From an uncultured Gammaproteobacteria bacterium (GTDB taxonomy: Bacteria; Patescibacteriota; Patescibacteriia; UBA2196; GWA2-42-15), in contig CAZNIO010000003.1 of assembly GCA_964573135.1 (NCBI GenBank), positions 10,881 through 74,880 on the forward strand: a stretch of DNA of 64,000 nucleotides, written 5' to 3'. The notes beneath the pieces are model-generated. The model did no database searches, was not told the DNA's origin, and saw nothing but the letters and a program-made list of their open reading frames with translations. Position numbers and translations under genes: made by a program. Shown here one piece after another: positions 40,121-49,461 of this stretch; position 1 is the stretch's first letter; every line of letters begins with the position of its first letter.

Positions 40121-41632
40121 ATGTATAATCATCATATTAATCTGGCCAAGAGCAACATAGTACATGTTAAGCGTAGAAAAAAAAGAAAAAGCCTACTATA
40201 CCGCGTGGGTCGGTTTTTATTAATAATAATCCTGGCGCTATTTGTTATCTCTTTTGCCTTGTCATACAAAGCAATCTTTTCACAAGAAACTCTGGGTAGA
40301 ACGATTGCCAAGCTACCAGTAGTCAGTCAGATAAGAACTTTGTTTTCCGGGGAAGACAAATTGGCCAAGGATGATGATCGAGTAAATTTCCTTTTGATGG
40401 GCATTGGTGGCGCAGGACACGATGGGGCGCTCTTGACTGATACGATGATGGTGGCCAGCGTTAAATTATCTACACGAGAAATTGCCTTGCTGTCTATCCC
40501 CCGTGACTTGTTGGTAAAAATTCCAGATAATGGTTGGCAAAGAATAAATCATGCAAATGCTTATGGAGAATTAAATGATTATCCGGGTGGCGGATCGGCA
40601 TTGGCGGCCAAAACAGTAGAACAAACCTTTGGTATCCCTATAAACTATTGGGTAAGAATTGATTTTTTGGGGTTTATGAAAGTAATTGATGATATTTCAG
40701 GTGTACAAGTCTTTGTAGAAAGAGAATTTACTGATGAAGAATACCCAACGGAGGATCATGAGGTTCAAACGATACGCTTTGATCAGGGGTTGCAGCGCAT
40801 GAGCGGAGAGAGGGCCTTGCAGTTTGCCAGATCACGACATGGCGACAATTTTGAGGGGTCTGACTTTGCACGCAGTAAACGCCAGCAAAAAATATTGATG
40901 GCAGTTAAGGATAAAATTCTAAATTGGAAAACATTTTTAAATCCTAATCGAGTTTACTCGATTTATGATAATGCCAAAAGCAATACTGAAACTAATATAG
41001 AAACCTGGCAGTTACCACAACTCCTTAACTTATTCAAAGATTTGAATTTTGATGAAATAGAACATTATATTATAGATGACTCTGCTGGCGGACTATTAAA
41101 GCCAATTATGACAGAGGAAGGGGCATCGGTGCTCGCGCCAAAGTCCGGAGACCTAAGTGAATTACAAGAATTTGTACAGAATATATTTGTGGTGAATGAG
41201 ATTGCTGAACAAAATTTAAGAGTAATCATTGCGAATGGTACGACCATCGAAGGCTTGGCTACCTATACGGGATCAACGTTGGAATCATGGGGATTTAAGA
41301 TAGCTAGATTAATTACTTCACCTCAACAAGACTTTGAAAAAACGGTAATTTACAGATTAGATGATGGCAATTATAAGGAAGCGTTGAAAATATTAAAATC
41401 AAGAATGGAAGCAAATGCGACTAACGATTTACCTGAGTTTTTGGAACCATTACTTTACCGAATGGATGATTATGGGGAAAAGCAAAAGATAGAGGCAGAG
41501 TTTTTAGTGGTGGTAGGACTTGATCAAGAAAGATCAATCAAGGCCATAGAGGAGTGGGAAATAGAGCAAGCCAGATTGGCGAGCTTAATAGATGAAGAGG
41601 AAACAGAAGAAGCTGAAAATAAAGAGGAATAA
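40121..41632 (+). CDS. LCP (LytR-CpsA-Psr) family protein with LytR_C-like domain
   Basis: TDTMMV, SIPRD, RINHA, FARSRH, DFARSKRQQ. Confidence 0.92.
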   Translation: MYNHHINLAKSNIVHVKRRKKRKSLLYRVGRFLLIIILALFVISFALSYKAIFSQETLGRTIAKLPVVSQIRTLFSGEDKLAKDDDRVNFLLMGIGGAGHDGALLTDTMMVASVKLSTREIALLSIPRDLLVKIPDNGWQRINHANAYGELNDYPGGGSALAAKTVEQTFGIPINYWVRIDFLGFMKVIDDISGVQVFVEREFTDEEYPTEDHEVQTIRFDQGLQRMSGERALQFARSRHGDNFEGSDFARSKRQQKILMAVKDKILNWKTFLNPNRVYSIYDNAKSNTETNIETWQLPQLLNLFKDLNFDEIEHYIIDDSAGGLLKPIMTEEGASVLAPKSGDLSELQEFVQNIFVVNEIAEQNLRVIIANGTTIEGLATYTGSTLESWGFKIARLITSPQQDFEKTVIYRLDDGNYKEALKILKSRMEANATNDLPEFLEPLLYRMDDYGEKQKIEAEFLVVVGLDQERSIKAIEEWEIEQARLASLIDEEETEEAENKEE

Positions 41633-41643
41633 TTTAAAAAATT

Positions 41644-43059
41644 ATGAAAAAAACAGTATCCATCATAGGCCGAGTAAATGTCGGCAAATCAACACTTTTT
41701 AATTGTTTGGCTGAAAAAAGACAAGCCATGGTTTCAGATACCCCGGGAACTACCAGAGATTTAAAATACGCTGCCATTAAATGGCAAGATAGAAATTTTA
41801 AATTAATTGATACTGGCGGATTTTTATCACAGCAAAAGCCTTTGCGAGACATGACAAAGAAAGAGCAAAAAAAGTTTCAAAAAGAAAAGGTGGGTGATAT
41901 TAATAAGCAGGTTGAAGCCATGGCTCGCAAGGCTTTAGCTGAAAGCCAGATAGTACTTTTCGTGGTTGACGCCAAAGAAGGGTTGAACCCGCAAGATCGT
42001 CAAATCGCTGATTACTTACGCAAAATTAAAGACAAGGAAGTTATACTTGTTGTTAGCAAATGTGATAATCCCAAAATTAGACAGACTACAGCTGAATTCC
42101 ATAAATTAGGGCTGGGTGAACCGATGCTTGTATCTGGAGTTAACGGTTCTGGTACAGGAGATTTACTTGACCAAATAATTTCAAAATTAGAGACAAAGAA
42201 AGAAGATGAGGGAGAGAAAGAAACAGATGGCTATATCAAAGTAAGTATTATGGGCAAACCGAACGTGGGCAAATCATCTTTATTAAATCAACTCCTAGGA
42301 GAAGAAAAAGCAATTGTCTCCCCTATCGCGCATACTACGCGCGAACCAAATGATACCTTAATTGAATTTGAGGGTAAAAAAATATTATTGATAGACACAG
42401 CCGGTATTCGGCGTAAAGCAAGAGTGGTTGAGAAAAGTTTAGAGAAGCTGGGAGTATCAATGTCAATTAGCTCATTAAAACATTGCGGGATAGCACTTTT
42501 AGTAATAGATATATCAATTGGCTTATCCAAACAAGATTTGGCTCTAGGTAGCCTGATAGCTGAGTCTGGGGCTGGGGTAATCATCGTAGCGAACAAGTAT
42601 GATTTGGTTGATACGGGTGAAGACAAGGATGTGGCCCAAAAAATGAAGGATCATATATATAAGAATTTTCCGCATCTATCTTTTGCTCCTATAATATTCA
42701 TCTCGGCCAAAACTGGCTTAAATACTAAAAAGATACTAAAATTAATATTAGAGGTTGAAAAAGAAAAAGAAATTACAATACCGGCCGGGGCATTGAGTAA
42801 ATTTTTGAAGAGTATTATACGCCATCAGCCACCACCAAGAAAGCAGATCGGAGATGGCAGTAAGAAAAAGATTAAACGAGCTTTTATAACAGAATTTAGC
42901 CAAATTGGTAGTCGCCCGCCTACTTTTGAGTGCACGGTGGGTAGCCAAGAGAAACTACCCGAGGAATACAGAAAGTATATTATTAATAATATTAGAAAAA
43001 AGTTTGGCTTTGAGGGTGTACCAATTAGATTGAAGGTTCAATGGAAAAAAGAAGAATAA
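41644..43059 (+). CDS. der: Ribosome biogenesis GTPase Der (EngA)
   Basis: Two GTPase domains (GRVNVGKS, GKPNVGKS); KH-like tail FGFEGVPI. Confidence 0.97.
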   Translation: MKKTVSIIGRVNVGKSTLFNCLAEKRQAMVSDTPGTTRDLKYAAIKWQDRNFKLIDTGGFLSQQKPLRDMTKKEQKKFQKEKVGDINKQVEAMARKALAESQIVLFVVDAKEGLNPQDRQIADYLRKIKDKEVILVVSKCDNPKIRQTTAEFHKLGLGEPMLVSGVNGSGTGDLLDQIISKLETKKEDEGEKETDGYIKVSIMGKPNVGKSSLLNQLLGEEKAIVSPIAHTTREPNDTLIEFEGKKILLIDTAGIRRKARVVEKSLEKLGVSMSISSLKHCGIALLVIDISIGLSKQDLALGSLIAESGAGVIIVANKYDLVDTGEDKDVAQKMKDHIYKNFPHLSFAPIIFISAKTGLNTKKILKLILEVEKEKEITIPAGALSKFLKSIIRHQPPPRKQIGDGSKKKIKRAFITEFSQIGSRPPTFECTVGSQEKLPEEYRKYIINNIRKKFGFEGVPIRLKVQWKKEE

Positions 43060-43063
43060 ATAT

Positions 43064-43600
43064 ATGCAATTAATTGTCGGCCTGGGGAACCCAGGCAAGA
43101 AATATGAGAAAACAAGACACAATACTGGCTTTATGGCAGTTGATTTTTTAGTAGATAAATTTGATTTTGACAAATTCAAAATGAAAGATAAGTTTAAAGC
43201 TGAAATTACGCAGGGTAATATTGAAAATGAAAAGGCTATAATAGCCAAACCGCAAACATATATGAATAATTCCGGGGAGGCGGTACAGGCGTTGAAGTCA
43301 TTTTATAAGATAAAAATCGAGGATATTATAGTGGTATACGATGAGCTTGATTTAATATTAGGAAAAATTAGAGTACGCGATGAAGGCTCATCAGCCGGAC
43401 ATAAAGGAATTGAGTCGATTATGGAAAAAGTTGGAGATGATAAATTTACAAGGGTGCGTATTGGGATAAGAAATGGAAAAGCCGACAGAATGCCGACTGA
43501 TAAATTTGTATTGTCTCGATTCAGTTTAAGTGAAAGATGGAAATTAAAAAAAGAAATTTTACCTAAAGCAATTGAAGAAATAACAAAAAGCAGACCTTAG
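43064..43600 (+). CDS. pth: Peptidyl-tRNA hydrolase
   Basis: VGLGNPG, TRHNTG, KPQTYMN, SAGHKG. Confidence 0.97.
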   Translation: MQLIVGLGNPGKKYEKTRHNTGFMAVDFLVDKFDFDKFKMKDKFKAEITQGNIENEKAIIAKPQTYMNNSGEAVQALKSFYKIKIEDIIVVYDELDLILGKIRVRDEGSSAGHKGIESIMEKVGDDKFTRVRIGIRNGKADRMPTDKFVLSRFSLSERWKLKKEILPKAIEEITKSRP

Positions 43601-43634
43601 AATTTTTTTAATTAAGAATTCTAAGGTCTGCTTT
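43587..43634. terminator. Long inverted repeat (probable bidirectional terminator)
   Basis: AAAGCAGACCTTAGAATT...AATTCTAAGGTCTGCTTT. Confidence 0.75.
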
Positions 43635-43642
43635 GGCTGGAA

Positions 43643-43786
43643 AATATTTCACCCATATTACCCTCCAATAGCGCAAGGATAATTAGGAAAACCTGACTAT
43701 CCTTAACTTGAGGCTACTCGATCCGGTTAGGAGGGGTTCCTTCACTTTCGCCACTATTAGAGGAAAATATAAGCAATATATATATT
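43643..43786 (-). ncRNA. Candidate structured ncRNA (6S-like or unknown)
   Basis: ~25-30 bp closing stem whose wobbles are G-U only on the minus strand; internal hairpin; TTGACA promoter-like motifs upstream on the minus strand. Confidence 0.5.
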
Positions 43787-43911
43787 GATCAATTGTCAAA
43801 TTATATTAACATGAATTACAAAACTTGTCAAGTAGCGATAAACATGTTATATTAATTTATATTAAAAATGCTGTAAAAAGCGTTGTTTTTTAATAACTTT
43901 GACCCCGAAAA

Positions 43912-43986
43912 GGTCCCTTCGTCTAGTGGTTAGGACACTAGGTTTTCATCCTAGAAACAGGGGTTCGATTCCCCTAGGGACTACCA
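43912..43986 (+). tRNA. tRNA-Glu (anticodon TTC)
   Basis: GGTCCCT...AGGGACT-ACCA; anticodon arm CTAGG-TTTTCAT-CCTAG. Confidence 0.96.
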
Positions 43987-44172
43987 AAGAGGACTCACTC
44001 GCAAGATTGGGTCTTTTTTGATTGGAATGTTAACGCAGGAAGTGATTTTCTAGCTTCAATTGAAATATAGATAAGTTGGTTGCAGAAAATATCTATGAAA
44101 TGTACACATTTGACAGATAAAAAAGTTTTATGTATACTTAAAATATATTGAATAATTAAAAAAGTTTTAAAT

Positions 44173-45378
44173 ATGATTAAAAAATACATCAAACGCCCTA
44201 TATACTTAGATCAAATTAAGCCCTTTATTGACAAGGATATTATTAAAGTTATCATCGGACAACGACGAGTTGGTAAAAGTTATTTGTTGTTCCAAATAAT
44301 GGATGAGATAAAAAAGAAAAATAAAACAGCTAATATTATTTATATCAACAAAGAATTAAATGAATTTGAAACAATAAAAAATGACAAAGACTTATTGGAT
44401 TATATTAAAAAAAATAATAAGAATAAGAAGAGTTATGTTTTTATTGATGAAATACAGGATATTCAAAATTTTGAAAAGGCCTTAAGAAGCTTGAAAGCTG
44501 AGGGGAAATATGATATCTACTGCACTGGCAGTAATGCTAATTTGCTATCAAGCGAAATAGCCACTTATCTTAGCGGTCGATATATTGAGATAAACGTTTT
44601 TGGATTAAGTTATGTTGAATTTTTACAATTTCATAATTTGAAGGAAGATACAGATTCATTTTTAAAATATATCAAATATGGTGGTTTGCCTTATTTAATA
44701 AATTTAGATTTAACTGACGAAATTGTTTATCATTATTTAAAAAGTATTTATAACACAATTCTATTGAAGGATGTTGTCAGCAGATTTAATATTCGTAATG
44801 TTTCATTTTTAGAAAGTTTAATTGACTACCTGGCTGATAATACTGGTAGCTTAGTTTCTTCTAAGAAAATTAGTGATTTTTTAAAATCACAAAAAATTAA
44901 TATTTCAACAAACATTGTCTTGGATTATTTATCTTTTTTAGCAAATGCATTCTTTATTTTCAAAGTCCAAAGATCTGAGGTACAGGGTAAAAAAATATTT
45001 GAAATTAATGATAAATATTACTTTGAAGATCTTGGGCTCAGACATTCCTTAATTGGTTATAAGCAGGTCGATATAAATAAGATTTTAGAAAATTTAGTTT
45101 TTTTACATTTACAAATTTTAGGCTACAAAGTAACAGTTGGGCAACTGAAAGAAAAAGAAATTGATTTTGTGTGTGAAAAAGAAAATAAAAAAATATATAT
45201 TCAAGTGGCTTACTTAATTAATGATAAAAATAAAGATAGGGAGTTTGGAAATTTATTACAAATCAAGGATAATTATCCTAAAATAGTTGTTTCAACTGAT
45301 GAATTAATAGACAACAGTGAATATAAAGGAGTAAAACATTTTAATATTAGAAATTTTTTAACCATAACATCTTTTTAA
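44173..45378 (+). CDS. AAA+ ATPase (AAA_14 / DUF4143 type)
   Basis: GQRRVGKS, IDEIQ, TGSNA, YGGLP, KYYFEDLG, EIDF. Confidence 0.9.
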   Translation: MIKKYIKRPIYLDQIKPFIDKDIIKVIIGQRRVGKSYLLFQIMDEIKKKNKTANIIYINKELNEFETIKNDKDLLDYIKKNNKNKKSYVFIDEIQDIQNFEKALRSLKAEGKYDIYCTGSNANLLSSEIATYLSGRYIEINVFGLSYVEFLQFHNLKEDTDSFLKYIKYGGLPYLINLDLTDEIVYHYLKSIYNTILLKDVVSRFNIRNVSFLESLIDYLADNTGSLVSSKKISDFLKSQKINISTNIVLDYLSFLANAFFIFKVQRSEVQGKKIFEINDKYYFEDLGLRHSLIGYKQVDINKILENLVFLHLQILGYKVTVGQLKEKEIDFVCEKENKKIYIQVAYLINDKNKDREFGNLLQIKDNYPKIVVSTDELIDNSEYKGVKHFNIRNFLTITSF

Positions 45379-45399
45379 GTTTGCTAAATTTTATACACT

Positions 45400-45480
45400 T
45401 TACAACCCTGGAATCACAAGATGCCACCTCCTAATATCCCCCACTATTTGTTTTAAATTCTTTAAACAATGGTCTACCAT
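45400..45480 (-). repeat. tRNA-Glu array repeat, copy 1 (ends CTACCA)
   Basis: Minus frame MVDHCLKNLKQIVGDIRRWHLVIPGL*. Confidence 0.92.
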
Positions 45481-45807
45481 TCCAGATTTCCCCTTAGATC
45501 GCCCGCCCCTTGGGCGGATGAATTCTCGGCGCTTCGCGCCGTTTTTTTGTTTTATCTAATTTTTGAGAGTTGTTTGGTTTGAAAAGTTTTGTAAGTATGA
45601 AAATATAAGGTCGTCACTTGCTATTTACTTGGGACGACTTTTTTATTGTAAATTGGTTTAATCTTACGAAATTGCCCCTTATTTTAGAGGGTTTTGGGGT
45701 TGGGCAATGTGGACTTTTTCTATTGCATAATATATAATCAAGTCAGATAAAAATACATACAGACTCTAAGAAACAAGTAAGTAAATATCAATACAAATAA
45801 TACCCCT

Positions 45808-46803
45808 ATGATGATCAATAAAAGTACATATATTTTTGGTGGCGGAGATTCTGATGGATTGCTTGGCATTGCCACAATATTAAAAAAAGTAAATGATGCT
45901 TTTTTCTCTTTTACTTCCCCTAGAACCTTACATAGTCTAATCCATGATCTTGTAAAAGGAACTAACGGTAGTGTCTATATTGTAGATTTAGCAATAGATG
46001 CTTCAACATATAAAGATTTATTTAAAGAAATAGAAGGACGGCCTGGATTTGATAGTTATTTTTTTGACCAACATAATTTACCCGCTGGCGTATCCAAAGA
46101 GGACTTGCCGTTCACTGATTTATCAATTGATAGTGCGGTATCTAGCTGTGAAAATACATACGTTACAATTGGAAGCGATCTGGATCCTATAATTCCAGCC
46201 ATGGCTTCCTTAAATGACGGCATTTCTGATACTGAAAAAATAAGGGAAGCACAAAAAATTCATGGGGAGAAACTATATTCAAATGCTAAAATATTAAAAT
46301 TTGGTTTGGCATACAATATTAAAGATAATAAATTTAAACGTCAATTAGTGTATGATTTTAAAGAGGGCAAATATCCAGAATCTATTCCTGAATTAGTAGA
46401 TAGATACAAAAAAGGCCTTATACGGTGGGAAGAAATTAAAAAGATGGCTAATGAAAGGAAAAAAAGCCTTACACATCTAGCGTATGGTTTGTTCCCAAAT
46501 TTGAAAGGGGGGTTTACTAACTTACTAGCAGCATACCTAGCAGAAAGCACTGAAAAATTAGTTGGGGTTAGTATCCTTGAAACTGACCGCACCCTGCAAA
46601 AAATGAATATTATTTCAAATGATCCATCACTGAATATTGGTTTGTTTGTACATAAAGTAGCAAACAAATTTAATGGTTTTGGCGGGGGTAGTATTTCTAG
46701 CGCTGGGGCTACTTTACAGAAAAAGGAGACTACAAACTTTCTGCAAAACCTTAATAAAGAGATTGGAGATTATAAAAAATTATTAAAAAGCAATCAAGAC
46801 TAA
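45808..46803 (+). CDS. DHH/DHHA1-like phosphoesterase (degenerate motifs)
   Basis: DSDG, IVDL, DQH, C-terminal GGGSISSAG. Confidence 0.65.
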   Translation: MMINKSTYIFGGGDSDGLLGIATILKKVNDAFFSFTSPRTLHSLIHDLVKGTNGSVYIVDLAIDASTYKDLFKEIEGRPGFDSYFFDQHNLPAGVSKEDLPFTDLSIDSAVSSCENTYVTIGSDLDPIIPAMASLNDGISDTEKIREAQKIHGEKLYSNAKILKFGLAYNIKDNKFKRQLVYDFKEGKYPESIPELVDRYKKGLIRWEEIKKMANERKKSLTHLAYGLFPNLKGGFTNLLAAYLAESTEKLVGVSILETDRTLQKMNIISNDPSLNIGLFVHKVANKFNGFGGGSISSAGATLQKKETTNFLQNLNKEIGDYKKLLKSNQD

Positions 46804-46807
46804 AAAG

Positions 46808-46948
46808 ATGACCAGAAAAAACATTGAAATAATTTTACCAGAAGTATCGCAAGACACTATTAAGTACGACTTGCGCAAAATGAAAGAAAAAGGCTTAATT
46901 GTCCAAAGTGGTGAGTCTGTAAATACATAGTATGAAGCTAATTTTTAG
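46808..46948 (+). pseudogene. Winged-HTH gene remnant with internal stop
   Basis: MTRKNIEIILPEVSQDTIKYDLRKMKEKGLIVQSGESVNT*YEANF*; DeoR-like HTH pattern, as found at the C-termini of Fic-type proteins. Confidence 0.5.
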
Positions 46949-47002
46949 TTAAAAAAACTACCTAAAATTTAACCGCAATTAGAAGCGATCCCGAATAATT
47001 AA

Positions 47003-47089
47003 TTAAGTATTTAATTCAGGAATCACAAAATACCATCTCCTAATATCCCCTACTATTTGTTTTAAATTCTTTAAACAGTGGTCTACCAA
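47003..47089 (-). repeat. tRNA-Glu array repeat, copy 2 (ends CTACCA, then a copy of the tRNA-Glu terminator)
   Basis: Minus frame LVDHCLKNLKQIVGDIRRWYFVIPELNT*. Confidence 0.92.
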
Positions 47090-47151
47090 AGAATACTCAC
47101 TCGTAAGAGTGGGTGTTTTTTGTTTAGGCTAATATTTATGCTATAATACAA

Positions 47152-47769
47152 ATGTTAACTAAATTAAACAGTATGAAAAAGTATTTTAAAAAATCTAATC
47201 CAAAAATAAAAATTAATACAATTTATGTTTTTATTGATGCTTCAAATGTCTGGAATGCGGTCAAGGCTGAAAAGAAATTTATTGAATACAAGAAGATTAA
47301 AAATTGGTTGAAAAAGAATTTTAATGCTACTAATGTTGAAATTTTTTATTATGATGCCTACCCCAAAGATGGGACAAGGGAATATAGCCTAGATGGTAAA
47401 CATAGATTTTTTACCTATCTAAAAAAAGGTCTCGGCTTCACGGTGCGTAAAAAAGAATTAAAAAGAATTACCATTACTAGTAAAGATGGGGAATCTATCA
47501 TGGAGAAAGGTAATATGGATATAGAGATGGTTATTGATGCGATCCATAATATGAATAAATATGATACTGCTGTTTTGTTTAGTGGAGATGCTGATTTTTT
47601 GGCACTAGTTAATTATTTAAAAAATGGTGGTAAAAAAGTCTATATTTTCTCCTCAAAAGATAATATATCTCGCGAACTTAAAACTGGCGGGAATGGATAT
47701 TTTGATGTAAGGGATATAAAAGAATTCTGGGGTAAGGATTTGAAATATCGTATAAATAAGCAAAAATAA
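47152..47769 (+). CDS. NYN domain (LabA/DUF88, PIN-like) nuclease
   Basis: FIDASN, EKGNMDIEM, FSGDADF. Confidence 0.9.
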   Translation: MLTKLNSMKKYFKKSNPKIKINTIYVFIDASNVWNAVKAEKKFIEYKKIKNWLKKNFNATNVEIFYYDAYPKDGTREYSLDGKHRFFTYLKKGLGFTVRKKELKRITITSKDGESIMEKGNMDIEMVIDAIHNMNKYDTAVLFSGDADFLALVNYLKNGGKKVYIFSSKDNISRELKTGGNGYFDVRDIKEFWGKDLKYRINKQK

Positions 47770-47840
47770 AACCACCCTCAACTAAGAGGATGGCTCTAGG
47801 ATGTATAACCCTAACAGTTCTATGGAAGAACCGAAAGACA
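47762..47840 (-). ncRNA. Candidate three-hairpin small RNA convergent on the NYN gene
   Basis: TTGACA-N17-TATATT promoter (47874-47846); three hairpins with minus-strand G-U pairs; U-tract at the end. Confidence 0.5.
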
Positions 47841-47962
47841 TTATTAATATACACTTTTTTAATAAAAATGTCAAATTTCATCCACAGGGTGTCAAAATAG
47901 CATTATTATCAAATATTTATCTGATATATTAACTATATCAGATTATATCAATTTAAGGGATG

Positions 47963-48060
47963 TTAATGGTGAGCAATAGTCCGTAACTCAGGAATCACAA
48001 AATACCATCTCCTAACATCAGCCACTATTTGTTTTAAATTCTTTAAACAATAGTCTACCG
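47963..48060 (-). repeat. tRNA-Glu array repeat, copy 3 (ends CTACCG, then hairpin)
   Basis: Minus frame VDYCLKNLKQIVADVRRWYFVIPELRTIAHH*. Confidence 0.92.
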
Positions 48061-48249
48061 AAGAAGACTTCTCCTCGCGAGTGGTCTTTTTTGATTTGTA
48101 GATTAGAAAAAAATAGAGTTTCTCAGTTTTTACGTGATTTATAGATTGAAATAAGGATTTGGTTTATTTCAATAAATGGCATATTATTACAACATAAATA
48201 ACGACATTGTAAAGATATAAATTATCAAGAAAAAACTATAAAATCTTTA

Positions 48250-48633
48250 GTGACAGCGATAAGTTATGTTGTTTCACTTATGGCTTTAGGTTTTATTTCA
48301 TTTCTTGTTTCCATCGGCTTATCTTGGAGTCGTTGTGATTTGAAATGCGAGGTATCTCACTTTTTATCTAGTGAGCTACTGGCTATATTTTTTTGGCCGG
48401 TGATGCTCATAGGCGACATTGATAACCTTGTTTTCGTATTGATTTTTTGTGCTCTTTTTAATATTCTTTTTGTTTATTTTATTTTGCGTTTAATTATAGC
48501 GAAGACGCGGTTGTCAAATAAACAAATTATTTTAATAATTATTATCGGTTCTTTGGTAATTGCTCCTATTTTACCGATTATTGGATTTAACAGTGAATTC
48601 TATCGCCAGTTTGTAATGGACTTCTGGTCTTAA
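48250..48633 (+). CDS. Hypothetical membrane protein
   Basis: 127 aa, 3-4 hydrophobic helices; start uncertain (GTG). Confidence 0.6.
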   Translation: MTAISYVVSLMALGFISFLVSIGLSWSRCDLKCEVSHFLSSELLAIFFWPVMLIGDIDNLVFVLIFCALFNILFVYFILRLIIAKTRLSNKQIILIIIIGSLVIAPILPIIGFNSEFYRQFVMDFWS

Positions 48634-48929
48634 AAGTCTTTTTTGATTTCGATTCAGTTGTGATTATTTTTTTACACACTATATCTAATTTTTAAATTGA
48701 CCTTATTTTTTATAATTGTCTGAAAAACTTCAATACCTCCTCCACCAAAGTTTTTCAAAGGAATAAGGCATATAAGCATCAGAGATTTTTTAAAAAGTAC
48801 TTCTTTTTAATATTGAGCAACCAAAACCCAATATCTGAAGCCATTTATGCAAGCCTATTGGCCTAACCCTATACACAACCTGCTTAGTCCTGCCAAGACC
48901 CTTGCAAAATACTATATTTATGCTAATGT

Positions 48930-49019
48930 TTAATCAATAGAAACAGTTTGTGATTCTGGTATTATAAAATACCGTTTTTTAATATCAGCGATTATTTGTT
49001 GCAAATTCTTTAAATAATG
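48930..49019 (-). repeat. tRNA-Glu array repeat, diverged copy 4, abutting the tRNA-Val 5' end
   Basis: Minus frame HYLKNLQQIIADIKKRYFIIPESQTVSID*. Confidence 0.8.
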
Positions 49020-49096
49020 GGGCACTTAGCTCAGTTGGCTAGAGCATCTCGTTTACACCGAGAGGGTCGGGGGTTCGAGTCCCTCAGTGCCCACCA
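49020..49096 (+). tRNA. tRNA-Val (anticodon TAC)
   Basis: GGGCACT...AGTGCCC-ACCA; TCTCG-TTTACAC-CGAGA. Confidence 0.96.
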
Positions 49097-49117
49097 GAAA
49101 AACTAACCCATGCTTAT

Positions 49118-49369
49118 ATGAAATATTTTTTTAGTTTTTTAGCTATTGTAGCTGGATTCTTTTTAGTTAAATATTCCAATAACATTGTGAATAGCTTTGG
49201 GCGTAGTGCCTGGGCTGAACATTATCTTGGATCCTACGGAGGTACCAGAGCATTAATTAAAATGATCGGCATTCTTTTTATAATAGGTGCATTGTTGGTT
49301 GTTAGTGGATTAATGAATACAATTCTTTACTCAATCTTTTCACCGACCATAAGTAGTATGTCATATTAG
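49118..49369 (+). CDS. Small membrane protein
   Basis: 83 aa, two TM segments, FGRSAWAEHYLG...GGT motif. Confidence 0.75.
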   Translation: MKYFFSFLAIVAGFFLVKYSNNIVNSFGRSAWAEHYLGSYGGTRALIKMIGILFIIGALLVVSGLMNTILYSIFSPTISSMSY

Positions 49370-49378
49370 TATAAATAA

Positions 49379-49451
49379 GGGCCGCTAGCTCAGTTGGTAG
49401 AGCACCTGCTTTGCAAGCAGGGGGTCAGGAGTTCGAGTCTCCTGCGGTCCA
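49379..49451 (+). tRNA. tRNA-Ala (anticodon TGC), CCA not encoded
   Basis: GGGCCGC...GCGGTCC-A; CCTGC-TTTGCAA-GCAGG. Confidence 0.95.
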
Positions 49452-49461
49452 AAAAAGACAT

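Noticed and set aside
48640-48900. Possible gene remnant after the membrane protein
   Set aside because: The minus-strand frames I read are short and stop-interrupted with no recognisable motif.
45400-49019. Repeats as classical integron attC sites
   Set aside because: No RYYYAAC...GTTRRRY inverted-core palindrome and no intI; the repeats are non-palindromic and end in tRNA 3' sequence.
49411-49461. Nudix ORF starting inside tRNA-Ala
   Set aside because: The TTG start lies in the tRNA anticodon loop; ATG 49462 gives a normal-length Nudix protein.
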